A stretch of 64,000 bases of DNA from Candidatus Hydrogenedentota bacterium. GTDB taxonomy: Bacteria; Hydrogenedentota; Hydrogenedentia; Hydrogenedentales; SLHB01. A model generated the notes under the pieces. That model searched no databases, was not told the origin of the DNA, and was given only the letters and a program-made list of their open reading frames with translations. The translations under genes were made by a program, and so were the position numbers. This document shows positions 38,331 through 48,520 of the stretch, in pieces. The stretch spans positions 704,001 to 768,000 of the forward strand of contig CAXXYE010000009.1 of NCBI GenBank assembly GCA_963674865.2. Reading direction: 5' to 3'. How positions within the stretch are numbered: position 1 is the first letter of the stretch; every line of letters begins with the position of its first letter.

Positions 38331-38870
38331 ATGGCTGCTAAAGGGTGTCACGCCGGCACGGTGACGTCGGTTAATCCGGCGCGGCGGGTCTTGCGCGTGA
38401 AGCCGGCGCCCGGAGGCGAACGCCTGCTCGAAGGAGCGGAGTGGATTTTCGTTAATCTTCGCGACGACACGACGCTTCGCTGTCGGACGGCGGCGACGGC
38501 CCCAGGAGAGGCGGTGCTTACCGTGACGCTGGCGCCGGGCGTAACGCGGGACGCCGTGGCCCGCATGAAAGGGGCTTCCGTGGCGGTTGCCGAGGGAGGA
38601 GCTTGTGGCGCCGAAGACACGTGGCGCCATGTGTCGGAGCTTCTCCATTTCACGGTGATGGACAAAGGCGGCCATCGCGTAGGTGCGATAGCTGAGGTCT
38701 ACGCTACCGGCGCCAACGCGGTTTTCGATATTGAGAAGTCCGGCGGCGGGCGTATTCTGCTGCCGGCCATTGATGAGGTCATTGCTCGGGTGGATGTCCC
38801 GGGCCGCACCTTGACAGTGCGCGATATCGCGCCTTATGCAGTTGAAGAAGAGGACCACGATGAGGATTGA
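38331..38870 (+). CDS. rimM: Ribosome maturation factor RimM (divergent)
   Basis: C-terminal PRC barrel (TGANAVF...ILLPAIDEVIARVD); synteny. Confidence 0.85.
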   Translation: MAAKGCHAGTVTSVNPARRVLRVKPAPGGERLLEGAEWIFVNLRDDTTLRCRTAATAPGEAVLTVTLAPGVTRDAVARMKGASVAVAEGGACGAEDTWRHVSELLHFTVMDKGGHRVGAIAEVYATGANAVFDIEKSGGGRILLPAIDEVIARVDVPGRTLTVRDIAPYAVEEEDHDED

Positions 38871-39615
38871 CATCCTCACGCTGTTTCCGGACGTCTTTGA
38901 GGGGCCGCTGAAGGCGAGCTTGCTCGGCAAGGCGGTTTTCGATGGACTTCTCGAGGTCGTCGTCACCGACATCCGCGACTTCACTACGGATCGCCACCGA
39001 ACGGCGGACGACGCCCCATACGGAGGCGGGCCCGGCATGGTGATGAAGTGCGAGCCGGTATTTGCCGCGGCCGAGAGTCTGCGCGGGCGCAACTCCCTGG
39101 AGCGCGTGATCTTATTGTCGCCGCGCGGCCGGCGCCTGACACAGGATGTCGTACGTGAATTGGCCCAATGCAACGATTTTATGCTTATTTGCGGCCGATA
39201 TGAGGGTGTGGATGAGCGTGTCTCAGAGGGCTTGTGCACTGACGAGATCTCGATTGGCGATTACGTACTGAGCGGCGGGGAAGTACCTGCCCTCGTTGTG
39301 GTTGAGGCCGTCAGCCGGATGGTCCCCGGCGTAGTCGGCCATTGGGAATCGGTTACGACCGATTCCTTCTACGAAGGGATTCTGGCGCCGCCGCAATACA
39401 CGCGGCCACCGGTGTTCGATGGCATAGCCGCTCCCGAGGTGCTGCGAAGCGGCGACCACGGCGCCATACGGCGCTGGCGTCGGAAAGAGGCCTTACGCGT
39501 AACACGGGCTCGGCGCCCGGACTTGATAGCTTTGTGCACGAGTGAAGAAGACTGCCAGCTTCTCGCCGAGATCGAGCGAGAGAATGCGGCGTTGGAAAGG
39601 GAGAATGAGTCGTGA
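38860..39615 (+). CDS. trmD: tRNA (guanine37-N1)-methyltransferase
   Basis: [45 protein letters not shown]. Confidence 0.98.
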   Translation: MRIDILTLFPDVFEGPLKASLLGKAVFDGLLEVVVTDIRDFTTDRHRTADDAPYGGGPGMVMKCEPVFAAAESLRGRNSLERVILLSPRGRRLTQDVVRELAQCNDFMLICGRYEGVDERVSEGLCTDEISIGDYVLSGGEVPALVVVEAVSRMVPGVVGHWESVTTDSFYEGILAPPQYTRPPVFDGIAAPEVLRSGDHGAIRRWRRKEALRVTRARRPDLIALCTSEEDCQLLAEIERENAALERENES

Positions 39616-39983
39616 ATGCTGTGGAAGAGATCAAACAAGCCCAGAAGAAGCCCGAAGAGAATCTGCCCTCCTTTCGGGTTGGAGACACGGTCCGGGTACA
39701 CTTCCGCATTGTCGAAGGTGAGAAGGAGCGGATCCAGGTTTTCGAGGGCGTCGTGATCGGCAAGAAGGGCAAGACGGGGCCGCACGCCAATTTCACTGTT
39801 CGCCGCGTGGCGTATGGCGAGGGCGTGGAGCGCGTCTTCCCCCTGCACTCGCCTCGCGTTGAGAAGGTCGAGGTGAGCCGGGAGGGCGCGACGCGGCGTG
39901 CCAAGCTCTACTACCTTCGGGAGCGCCGGGGCAAGGCGGCACGCGTTAAGGCGCGCGCGCGCTCCGTATCTACGCGGAAATAG
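39612..39983 (+). CDS. rplS: 50S ribosomal protein L19
   Basis: [10 protein letters not shown]...[11 protein letters not shown]...[11 protein letters not shown]...RRAKLYYLR. Confidence 0.98.
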   Translation: MNAVEEIKQAQKKPEENLPSFRVGDTVRVHFRIVEGEKERIQVFEGVVIGKKGKTGPHANFTVRRVAYGEGVERVFPLHSPRVEKVEVSREGATRRAKLYYLRERRGKAARVKARARSVSTRK

Positions 39984-40055
39984 CGCCCAAGCCTATGGTA
40001 TGCTGCCGCTGCGGCGTCATGCCGCATGCGATGCAAGCGAACCGCGAGGGCACAG

Positions 40056-40871
40056 ATGGGCAGCAAGGCGTCGAGCAAGCTACAAGCCGGTCTGCGTGGC
40101 GCCCCTCCTTATCTTGAGGATGCCTTGGCTCCGCTAGGAGTTAACTCGCGGTGCGGTGCACAGGCGCGACACCTTTCCTCTCTTCGCAGCCGCTTGCAGT
40201 CGGTCGCGTCAGCCAACCGGTTTGGGCACATGACAGGCTTCGAGCGGGAGGCGTTCACCAACGGATTTGCCCAGGTCGCCGGGGTGGACGAGGCAGGCCG
40301 GGGGCCGCTGGCGGGCCCTATCGTCGCAGGCGCCGTCATTCTCGCCGGGCCGGTTCCGGGATTGGATGATTCCAAGCGGCTTTCCCCGAATCGCCGAGAA
40401 GAGCTTTTCGCATTGCTCACAAGTGGCCGACATGCGTTTGCCACGTCAGTGATTGGACCAGAAGCAATTGACAAGTGGGGCATCCAGGTCGCGAACTATC
40501 GCGCCATGGCTGAGGCGGCGGCCCAACTTGATCCCTCTGCCGACTTCCTGCTCGTGGATGGTTTTGAACTTCCCTGTTGTTTGATCCCGCAGAAGCGGAT
40601 TGTCAAAGGCGATCGGCTCTCTGTGTCGATCGCGGCCGCAAGCATCATTGCAAAGGTGTGGCGAGACCGCATCATGATGGAGCTGGACGGAGTCTATCCG
40701 GAATACGGCTTTGCGAAACACAAGGGCTACGGCACCCGCCTCCATCTCGATGCCCTGAGGCGATTGGGCCCCTGCCCCGCGCACAGGCGAAGCTTCGTGC
40801 CGGTAGGTAGGAGATGTGAATCGGCGTGCCTTTTCGAGAACGTAACCGAGGGTGGTGAAACATGCGATTGA
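40056..40871 (+). CDS. rnhB: Ribonuclease HII
   Basis: GVDEAGRGPLAGP, DSKRL, LVDG, KGD...SIAAASIIAKV, HKGYGT, HRRSF. Start uncertain (40056 with a helical N-extension, or 40230). Confidence 0.95.
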   Translation: MGSKASSKLQAGLRGAPPYLEDALAPLGVNSRCGAQARHLSSLRSRLQSVASANRFGHMTGFEREAFTNGFAQVAGVDEAGRGPLAGPIVAGAVILAGPVPGLDDSKRLSPNRREELFALLTSGRHAFATSVIGPEAIDKWGIQVANYRAMAEAAAQLDPSADFLLVDGFELPCCLIPQKRIVKGDRLSVSIAAASIIAKVWRDRIMMELDGVYPEYGFAKHKGYGTRLHLDALRRLGPCPAHRRSFVPVGRRCESACLFENVTEGGETCD

Positions 40872-42547
40872 TGGCAGTACTGCTTATGCTCTTGGGCGGA
40901 TGTATGGGAACATTCGCGCCGAAGCTCAGTTCATGGCGTGCAATGGCCCGGCCCGCTAAGCCTAGCGCAGAGGCCGAGGCTTATGCCCACTACCTGACGG
41001 CGTCACTCTACGAACGACAAGGCAAGTATGACGCCGCTTTGGAGGAACTCCGCCAGGCATCCGATCTTTTCCCCGACTCCACGACGCTGCTCACTCACTT
41101 GATCGAGGCATATGTCCGCACGGAGGATTTCGACAACGCCCTGCATATTTGCAAGCGCGCCGTATCGGAGGATCCGGGAAACGCCGGATTGTGGCTCACG
41201 CTCGGGCGTTTGTACTACGAATTTGAGCGTTTTGATGAGGCCGTCAACGCCTTCAACGAAGCCATCAAGCTCAATCCTGAGAGCGCTATGGGCTACGAGG
41301 AACTTCTTACCGTCAAGGAACGAACGAATGACCTCGTATCGGCGCTACAGGTCTATGAGAAGCTCATTGAGCTTAATCCTCGCACCGCTGTTCCTCACTT
41401 CTACCTGGGACTTAACCTGGCCCGCATGGGTGATGCCGCGGGGGCAAAGGCCGCCTTGGGAAGAGCCCTGGAACTCAATCCGCGTTTCGCCCGCGCCCGC
41501 TATCTCCTGGCCGTTGTAAGCCTGGATCTCAACGAGAACGAAGAGGCAGCAAAGAATCTTCTGCTTTACCTAAGCCAGGTGCCGCGCGACGTCAACGCCC
41601 AGGAGCGGCTGGCTGCCGCCTTGGCGCGATTGGGGCGGTATCCCGAGGCGGTGCGCATCATGGCCGACATTGTCCGACGCGGCCCGGCCGAGCCACGCCT
41701 TTACCTTGCCTGCATGTACCTTATGCTCCAAGCGGGTCGCTATGAGGATGCCGAGGCGAAGATCCCGCCGTCGGGCGCCCCCATCTTCAGTGACCTCATG
41801 ACGGCGCTGGCACGTCGCGGCGCGGGAAAACCTTACCGAGGACTCGTTGAGGGGCTGGACAAAATCGCGGGCGATATCGACGGCGAATGCCAAGCCTATC
41901 TCAATGAACTCCTTTACTTCTTTGGGGAGGAGAGTACGGGCGCTTACTTTCTCGATGCGTTGGGGACGCTCCGAGATGAAGTACCGGACTCGCGCACGCT
42001 TGACATCATTCTCGCGCGTACGCTAATGGCCATGGAACGCCCGGAGGAAGCTGAACCTATCCTCCTCGCGGCGCTAAAGATTGCCGAAAACGACTTCTGG
42101 GTCCATTACTACCTCGCCACCGTGTATGAAGACCTGGCCCGTGTCGCCGACGCGGAGAAGCACCTTCAAACGTGTCTGACTTTGGAGCCCGACAACGCCG
42201 AAGTGATGAACTTCCTCGGCTACCTCTACGCCGAGCAAGATATGAAACTGGACGAAGCGGAAGCTCTTCTGAAGCGGGCGTTGGAGGTGGAGCCAGACAA
42301 CGGCTTCTACCTGGACAGCCTGGGATGGATTCACTACCGCCAAGGGCGGGCCGAGAGCGCAATCGAGTTGATACGCAAGGCCATCATTGCGATGGATACC
42401 GACGATGCCGTGCTGCGGGACCACCTTGGCGACGCGTATCTGCTGAACGGCGAGGAGGAAAAAGCCGTCGAGCAATGGCGCCGCGCCCTGCGCCTTGACC
42501 CGGGCCTCGAGGATGTGCAGGAGAAGATTAGCCAGCACACGCAGTAA
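40862..42547 (+). CDS. TPR-repeat lipoprotein
   Basis: Lipobox LLGGC; multiple TPRs; C-terminal NFLGYLYAE...YLDSLGW...DHLGDAY signature. Confidence 0.88.
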   Translation: MRLMAVLLMLLGGCMGTFAPKLSSWRAMARPAKPSAEAEAYAHYLTASLYERQGKYDAALEELRQASDLFPDSTTLLTHLIEAYVRTEDFDNALHICKRAVSEDPGNAGLWLTLGRLYYEFERFDEAVNAFNEAIKLNPESAMGYEELLTVKERTNDLVSALQVYEKLIELNPRTAVPHFYLGLNLARMGDAAGAKAALGRALELNPRFARARYLLAVVSLDLNENEEAAKNLLLYLSQVPRDVNAQERLAAALARLGRYPEAVRIMADIVRRGPAEPRLYLACMYLMLQAGRYEDAEAKIPPSGAPIFSDLMTALARRGAGKPYRGLVEGLDKIAGDIDGECQAYLNELLYFFGEESTGAYFLDALGTLRDEVPDSRTLDIILARTLMAMERPEEAEPILLAALKIAENDFWVHYYLATVYEDLARVADAEKHLQTCLTLEPDNAEVMNFLGYLYAEQDMKLDEAEALLKRALEVEPDNGFYLDSLGWIHYRQGRAESAIELIRKAIIAMDTDDAVLRDHLGDAYLLNGEEEKAVEQWRRALRLDPGLEDVQEKISQHTQ

Positions 42548-42570
42548 CCCGCCTATGGATACGGACGCGT

Positions 42571-45096
42571 CTACAGTGCGCCGGACACCGAACTGAGCGG
42601 CAACCATTCCCCTTTGCGAAGGATGAGTATCGCCGCGTCCGTCGCCAAGGTCACCGTGCCTCTTGAAGGATTGTATTCTCGAACACGCCAATCGCCGTGG
42701 ACAACATCGCCCAAGGCAAAGCGGCCACGCCGCTCAGGGGCGTTATCGGGCCGTATCGCTATGCTGAATTCCGCGGGACGCTCCGCCGATGCGCTGACAA
42801 TGCCGACCAACGCCACGGAGGCCGCAGGCGTGGACATATTCCGCCTCGGAGTTGTGCTCGTTTCTTCCGAAGCCGGTTCCGTTGGCTCTTGAGACGCCGT
42901 AGAGGGAACCTCACCGCCAGACGAAGTCTCCTCTGCCGATGCGGACGCATCCGGCAGCGTGAACTGCTCGACAATGTCGCCCTGCCATGCGTCGGAGGCC
43001 AAAAAGACGCGGTACTCCCCCGGCCATAGATGATAGGCAAACTTGGCCTGGGCGCCAGGAGAAACCGCCTCAATTAGGGGGCTCTCGAGTTCACGCACCC
43101 GAGGTAAGACGGGAAGGGTGATCGCCTGCCACGAATCCAGCGTCCCCCGCTTCTGCTCCAGGCCGTAGAACGCGCCGTTACGCATCGAAGTCCTGCCCGA
43201 CGCCAGGTAGAGCTTTCGCGCGCCACGGTTGCCCACCCGGATGGTGACGGCATAGGAGGGCCTTCCCTCGGCCGTAAGCCGCCCCTCCATCTCGGAGAGG
43301 GCCGGTAGCGTGATATACGGAGCGGGCCTGGCAAGACCGCCGAAATCCGTGCCTACAAGGAGTGCCCCGGCGACGCCCAGCGCGAGTAGGCCCGGCGGCA
43401 CGTAGCGCAGGTCTTTCACGCGAGCCATGGCCACCCAGCCCGCGGCCAGCAGCATGAGATTCGACAGGATCAGCATCAGGATGCCGGGACGCGCCAATAA
43501 GGGCCCGCCTTCCCGGAAAAGAGCCGCCATCCGGCTTGGACTGTAGTGCGCCTCGTGAATGACGCTCACCGCCACCCACGTGCTCAGGAGCCATAGCGCG
43601 CCCAAGAGTATGCTCCGAAGTCCCGGCCGCCGCATCGTAGGCAGCGCAGCCGCCGCTACACACGCCGCAAGGGGAGCGCAAACGGCCCAGAAGACGGCAC
43701 TCATGTCCGCTCGGAAGCGGACTGCGGCCATGATTGCCGATTGATCACCCACGCCCGGCAGAACCAGGTATAGGAATAGTCCCCCCGCCGCGGCCCATGC
43801 CAGCCAGGAGTCCGTCCCGATGACGGCGCCCTGCTTGGCGGGCTTGGCCAAGCGCATCAAGAAGCTGCCGCCCTCATAGGGGAGATCCTCAGCGCCGGAA
43901 GCGCTCAGAGCACGCTTGATCAGGTCGCGAGCGCGCCGCATGTCATCTTTCGCCCGGAAGGCCTGTCGCTCAAGTGCATCGAATGCCGTCTGCGTCATTT
44001 CCCGGTTCTGGAGAAGGCCGCGGGCCTGTTCCAGTACGATGTCCGCCGTCTTGCTGTCATCGGCATACCCGTTCCTGAGACGGTTCAACTGCTCGCGTGC
44101 GAGTTCCAAGGCCGCGTCCGCTCGCGCCTGGTCGGCGGCGCACTCGGCGTCAAGGTCTTCCAAGGCCTCAGTGGATGTTTGTCCCCCAACACGGAGGCGT
44201 TCGGCATCGCGGCGGCGGGATTCGGCCTGTTCCCGGAGTTCGAACGCGCGGTTCAAGTCGGCAATGTGGAGGTCGACAAGAGATTTCGCCTGCTCGGGCT
44301 CGGGCGGGAAAGTGAAATGGAATCCGCCCGACGGCACGACATCCAACGACGCTGTCTTGAGTCCGCCTGCGCGGAATGGGTCGTGGGTCGCAAGCCATCC
44401 CCGCAGATTGGCTTGACGCCGTTCGAGGCGATCTCGATGCTCGCGGAGTCGCTCCACCTGCTCACAGTATTCCGGGAACGCCATGTCACCGGTGCGAATA
44501 CCGCGGTGGGCACGTCTGAGCTTCTCCCGCGTGCTCGCCAGATCAATGGCCGCCTCCGTCAGGCGCTGGGTGAGTTGCTCATCATAATTGCTGCGGGCCT
44601 CTCGCACACGCGCCAGGGTGGTCTCGATGCTACGCGCCTTGCCTGAGCCAGCTTCCTCTCGCCTGAGTTCCGCTTTGAGGGTGTGCTCAAGATTGCAGAG
44701 CGTGCGAAGGGGTTCGAGCACCTCGAGCGGGACGGCCTGCGACTCTTCCTCCTCTGTTCTAGTCGGAGACACAGCGCCGACCTCTTCTTGAAGTTCACGG
44801 TGCAGCTCCTCGGCGGGCCCGCCCTTGTCCGCCTCAACTGGCCCCGCCTCTTCGCGGCCCGACGAGGGCCCCTCCGGTGTCACCGGCCGTTCCTGTGGAC
44901 GCCGAACAAACTCCGGGCGATCCTTCAGGTAGATAGTCCGCGTGTCGGAAGGGAAATCGCTTGCCTTCGGGATCCAGATCTTCTGGCGGCAGGCGATGCA
45001 TTTCCCGGGGCGCCCCAGCATGGACTCCGCGATCCTCATCTTCTGGCCGCAGATACAGTACAGGCGAAACTTCGGTGCAGCATCGCGAGCCATCAC
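42571..45096 (-). CDS. Hypothetical multidomain membrane protein (Zn-ribbon, coiled coil, ~5 TM, exported beta-domains)
   Basis: CICG...CIAC N-terminus; long charged heptad region; hydrophobic block at aa ~430-580; Ser/Thr/Glu linker; C-terminal beta-domain. Confidence 0.7.
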   Translation of the reverse strand: MMARDAAPKFRLYCICGQKMRIAESMLGRPGKCIACRQKIWIPKASDFPSDTRTIYLKDRPEFVRRPQERPVTPEGPSSGREEAGPVEADKGGPAEELHRELQEEVGAVSPTRTEEEESQAVPLEVLEPLRTLCNLEHTLKAELRREEAGSGKARSIETTLARVREARSNYDEQLTQRLTEAAIDLASTREKLRRAHRGIRTGDMAFPEYCEQVERLREHRDRLERRQANLRGWLATHDPFRAGGLKTASLDVVPSGGFHFTFPPEPEQAKSLVDLHIADLNRAFELREQAESRRRDAERLRVGGQTSTEALEDLDAECAADQARADAALELAREQLNRLRNGYADDSKTADIVLEQARGLLQNREMTQTAFDALERQAFRAKDDMRRARDLIKRALSASGAEDLPYEGGSFLMRLAKPAKQGAVIGTDSWLAWAAAGGLFLYLVLPGVGDQSAIMAAVRFRADMSAVFWAVCAPLAACVAAAALPTMRRPGLRSILLGALWLLSTWVAVSVIHEAHYSPSRMAALFREGGPLLARPGILMLILSNLMLLAAGWVAMARVKDLRYVPPGLLALGVAGALLVGTDFGGLARPAPYITLPALSEMEGRLTAEGRPSYAVTIRVGNRGARKLYLASGRTSMRNGAFYGLEQKRGTLDSWQAITLPVLPRVRELESPLIEAVSPGAQAKFAYHLWPGEYRVFLASDAWQGDIVEQFTLPDASASAEETSSGGEVPSTASQEPTEPASEETSTTPRRNMSTPAASVALVGIVSASAERPAEFSIAIRPDNAPERRGRFALGDVVHGDWRVREYNPSRGTVTLATDAAILILRKGEWLPLSSVSGAL

Positions 45097-45278
45097 ATCC
45101 TCCTACCTCCCCCAATATTCAGAGTAGAGCCAACGCCGCACCGATTTCAAGGGCCTGCGCCCCGGGGGAGGGTCACTGATTTGCCCGCATACAGTAGGTC
45201 ACTCCCTCTCACTCCAACCGATACGGCTTTCGGGGGGCGGCCAACGGTAGGTATGGGACGGAATGCTCCTCTGGTCGC

Positions 45279-46451
45279 TCAATCAAGTCCCTTGATTGAT
45301 TTACTGACCTTCCGAAGTACTTCGGCGGCAATGTCATCCCAGGGCTTGGTCACCCTCTTCAGTTGTTCCCGACCTCTTCGTCTCACCTCTTCACACAACT
45401 CAGGTTCTTCCTGAAGCATCAGAATCGCGTCCCGGATGGATTCCACAGACCAAGGGTCGCAGTACAGGGCAGCCGTTCCACAGACAGCGTGCGCGAAATC
45501 CAAGTCACTGGTTATGATCGGAAGCCCGAAATGCATTGCCTCGAGATACGTACTGCTGTAGGACTCCAAAAACGTTGGCATGAGAAGCGCCTCGCAATGC
45601 TGGTAGTAGGCCGCAAGATCCTTCTGAGCCAGGGGGCCAACATTCACGATCACGTCCCGTAGTCCGTATCGGTCCACTCGGCGCAGGAGCCGGGCCGCGC
45701 GAGGATGCTGATCGGCAGATATCGTTACCAGAACTACAAATTCATCGAGGTCAGCGCGATGGCGATGAAAGGCCTCCACAACCCCTTCCAGGTTCTTGTG
45801 GGGATAGTACCTCGTCAAACACAAGAGGACCCTCTTGCTGCCCAAGCGGCTGAAGACCGGAGGCGCAACGCTTGCATCGCCCCCCTGTACATCCATCGAG
45901 ATCGCGTTCGGGCAGACCACTACATCCCCATTGTAGCCAAATAACGCTCGGATACGGCCCGCAGCGGCATCGGTCTGGCACAGCAGCAGTCGGGCGTGCC
46001 TGAGATCGGCCGCAAGCTGCAACTTCTGATAGCGCTTGATCAGCTTGCGCTTCAATGACTCCCCGGCGTAGTGCCGACCCGGATAGAAGAGATGCGCATC
46101 TTGGCAGAGAACGACCTGGGGCGCTTTAATCCCCCGCACTCCTGTGTTTCCCAGAGCCAGTACGAGGTCCGCACCGAAGGAGTTGATGGCTGCCGGCAGT
46201 TCGAACGCATCGTACTTCCAGCGCTTCCAGGGGTTGCCGCCCTCAGAGAACACGCTCAGTTCCTTTTCCGGAAGCTCTGCGCAGGCTTCTTCATAGCCCA
46301 CGCGCCCCGGTATACTGATGAGGTACGCGTGACGCGGCGCAACCCGGGCAAGTGCCGCAATGAGGTTCCTGCCGACCGAGCGTCCACCCGCGGCCCGCAA
46401 GGCATGAGCAATGACTGCTATTCGCAGTCGCTTCTCATTGACGGTGTTCAT
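45279..46451 (-). CDS. Glycosyltransferase family 4
   Basis: YPHKNLE and PTFLESYSSTYLEAMHFGLPIITSD (E-x7-E) motifs. Confidence 0.9.
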   Translation of the reverse strand: MNTVNEKRLRIAVIAHALRAAGGRSVGRNLIAALARVAPRHAYLISIPGRVGYEEACAELPEKELSVFSEGGNPWKRWKYDAFELPAAINSFGADLVLALGNTGVRGIKAPQVVLCQDAHLFYPGRHYAGESLKRKLIKRYQKLQLAADLRHARLLLCQTDAAAGRIRALFGYNGDVVVCPNAISMDVQGGDASVAPPVFSRLGSKRVLLCLTRYYPHKNLEGVVEAFHRHRADLDEFVVLVTISADQHPRAARLLRRVDRYGLRDVIVNVGPLAQKDLAAYYQHCEALLMPTFLESYSSTYLEAMHFGLPIITSDLDFAHAVCGTAALYCDPWSVESIRDAILMLQEEPELCEEVRRRGREQLKRVTKPWDDIAAEVLRKVSKSIKGLD

Positions 46452-47251
46452 GACCCCCTGCGCGGCGATGTCTTCAGAGACGTGGCCTTGATAAGAATGT
46501 GATATGAAAGAGGACCCGCTCTCAAGGAGTAGTCGAGATGCAAGATTCTCTCGATAATGCGGGCTATGGCTTGGCGATATCTGGGAATGAGGCGTTCAAG
46601 TACCAGAGCCGATATCTCAAGGAGCGGCAGGAGAACACCATAGTAGTGAATCGCCTCTACTCGCCACTCTTCCCCGAGGATTCTACAAATCTCGCCTTTG
46701 GTGTAGTGCTTGTGGAAAGGTGACTCACTTCTGGTGATGTTCCCAATAAGGGAGGTACTTGTATCCAGGAAACGTTTGCTGTATTCCTCGGCGCTGCAGT
46801 TCTTGAGGAACTTGTATAGAGTTCTGTGGAGTCTTGGGAAGTTGAACTTCAGGTTGGACCGATCTGCCCACGCGGTTAAGCCCTTGTGGGGAACCGTTAT
46901 GACTAGAACACCCGAAGGTCTCAGAAGGCGGTAGATTTCGCCTAGAACGAATCCCTCGTCGCCCGTGTGTTCGAGAACATCGAGGATGGTGACGTAGTCG
47001 AAGCTGTTGTCCTCGAGAGGAACCTCTTGGCCTGGCTCAATCCTGACAAAGTGGGCCGGAACTCCCGAAGCCTTGGCGGCTGCCATGAGTTCGGGGTTGA
47101 CCTCAATTCCACAAACCTTCAGAAACTCCCTCTTGTGGGCGATCCAGGCCAGAAAACTCCCCGAGCCACACCCATAATCGAGAATCGTCCGCGTGTCGGC
47201 GGAACACATGCGCATGGCAAGTTCATAGGGGTATATATGTATATCTGCCAT
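46448..47251 (-). CDS. Class I SAM-dependent methyltransferase
   Basis: ILDYGCGSG, FDYVTILDVLEH, RLLRPSGVLVITVP. Confidence 0.9.
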   Translation of the reverse strand: MADIHIYPYELAMRMCSADTRTILDYGCGSGSFLAWIAHKREFLKVCGIEVNPELMAAAKASGVPAHFVRIEPGQEVPLEDNSFDYVTILDVLEHTGDEGFVLGEIYRLLRPSGVLVITVPHKGLTAWADRSNLKFNFPRLHRTLYKFLKNCSAEEYSKRFLDTSTSLIGNITRSESPFHKHYTKGEICRILGEEWRVEAIHYYGVLLPLLEISALVLERLIPRYRQAIARIIERILHLDYSLRAGPLSYHILIKATSLKTSPRRGS

Positions 47252-47320
47252 AATACTGTCAAGTGCTCCTTCTTACACACGAGCCAAGTGGGCGTGAGAT
47301 GACGGATCTCCTCGCCAACA

Positions 47321-48496
47321 CTAATGGGACTCCTGCTCGGACTCAAGAAGTCGCTTGTATAGACGGAGATGGGCATCCGCAACCTTTGGCCAAGTCAGAT
47401 GTGTCCTGACAAGATCCCTTGCGTTGTCTCCCATCTTCTTGGCCATCTCTGGGTTTGCCAGCAAGAACTTGGCACCTCGCCCGAGTCCCTCGCAATCGCC
47501 CTGACGCACACCGATGCCGGTGAAGTAGTCCTGGACAATCCACTCCCCGACTCCTGTCCGGGTGCCAAGAACCGGGAGTCCGGCGGCCATAGGTTCGATA
47601 TAGTTGAATCCAAACGTTTCCGTATCAGTGCCGATGAGGCCGACATGTGATCGACTCATGATCCAGGGCACCAGGTTGCGGTCGACTCTCCCTGGGCAGA
47701 TCACTTGCTCCTCAACGCCGAGACTACGCGCGTAGGAGATGATGGCGCTCCGCATAACTCCCTCACCAAGTAAGAGAAGTCGGGCGTTGGGATACTTGCG
47801 CAACACGGGGTGCATGCCTTCCAGGAGCCACCGGTGACCCTTATGCCTATGAAACTGCGCCAGGTACAAAAAGTTGAAGCATTTGTCGTCCTCCAGACAT
47901 CCGAGCGCTTCAGGACTAAGCGCCCCCTTCTCAGGCGGAGCTTGGGCTTCGTCCCCCCACGGTTCCAAGCCGCACGGGAGGAAGCCCGCGCGCCCTCCAG
48001 CTAGGAGCCCGGGAGAACCCAGGAAACGCCTGGCCGTGTAGGGCGTCAGGAAGTTCACGAAGTCCACGTATTTGCGATACAAGCACGAATAGAGGAGAGT
48101 TAGTGGAACCCTCCTCCAATTCCCATGCTGAAAGGACATGAGAGTGATGACTACTCTGAGTCTGTCCGGATAGCGCTTCTTGAGTGACCAGATTGGCCGG
48201 AAGTGTCTGAAACCGGAAACGTGCACAATGAGACGGCGGTGTTGTCCCAAGAGCACATCAACGGTGCTGGCGAGAGACTCGGGCGTTTCGTCCAGAAGGA
48301 AGATGTCCTCGCTCGAATACGCATGCCTTACCGCTGCCCAGAGTCCGGGATTCTGTTCTTCAGGCGTGCTGGCCACAGCGACACGAACATCTGAGTCCGT
48401 TCCCACTTGCCTGAGCGCAATCGCCAATTGGGCATAGTGGTACACAAGACCGACGCCATGGCTGTGGGCTACGAAGAGGACGGCGTCTTTTTTCAT
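47321..48496 (-). CDS. Glycosyltransferase family 4
   Basis: HKG...LLGEG...ETFGFNYIEPMAAGLPVLGT. Confidence 0.9.
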   Translation of the reverse strand: MKKDAVLFVAHSHGVGLVYHYAQLAIALRQVGTDSDVRVAVASTPEEQNPGLWAAVRHAYSSEDIFLLDETPESLASTVDVLLGQHRRLIVHVSGFRHFRPIWSLKKRYPDRLRVVITLMSFQHGNWRRVPLTLLYSCLYRKYVDFVNFLTPYTARRFLGSPGLLAGGRAGFLPCGLEPWGDEAQAPPEKGALSPEALGCLEDDKCFNFLYLAQFHRHKGHRWLLEGMHPVLRKYPNARLLLLGEGVMRSAIISYARSLGVEEQVICPGRVDRNLVPWIMSRSHVGLIGTDTETFGFNYIEPMAAGLPVLGTRTGVGEWIVQDYFTGIGVRQGDCEGLGRGAKFLLANPEMAKKMGDNARDLVRTHLTWPKVADAHLRLYKRLLESEQESH

Positions 48497-48520
48497 AACA
48501 GGTACCCCTATCCGCGATGT

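Noticed and set aside
43301..43312. GCCGGTAGCGTG, near-match to the RfaH ops element
   Set aside because: One mismatch, inside a CDS and on the strand opposite to the polysaccharide operon.
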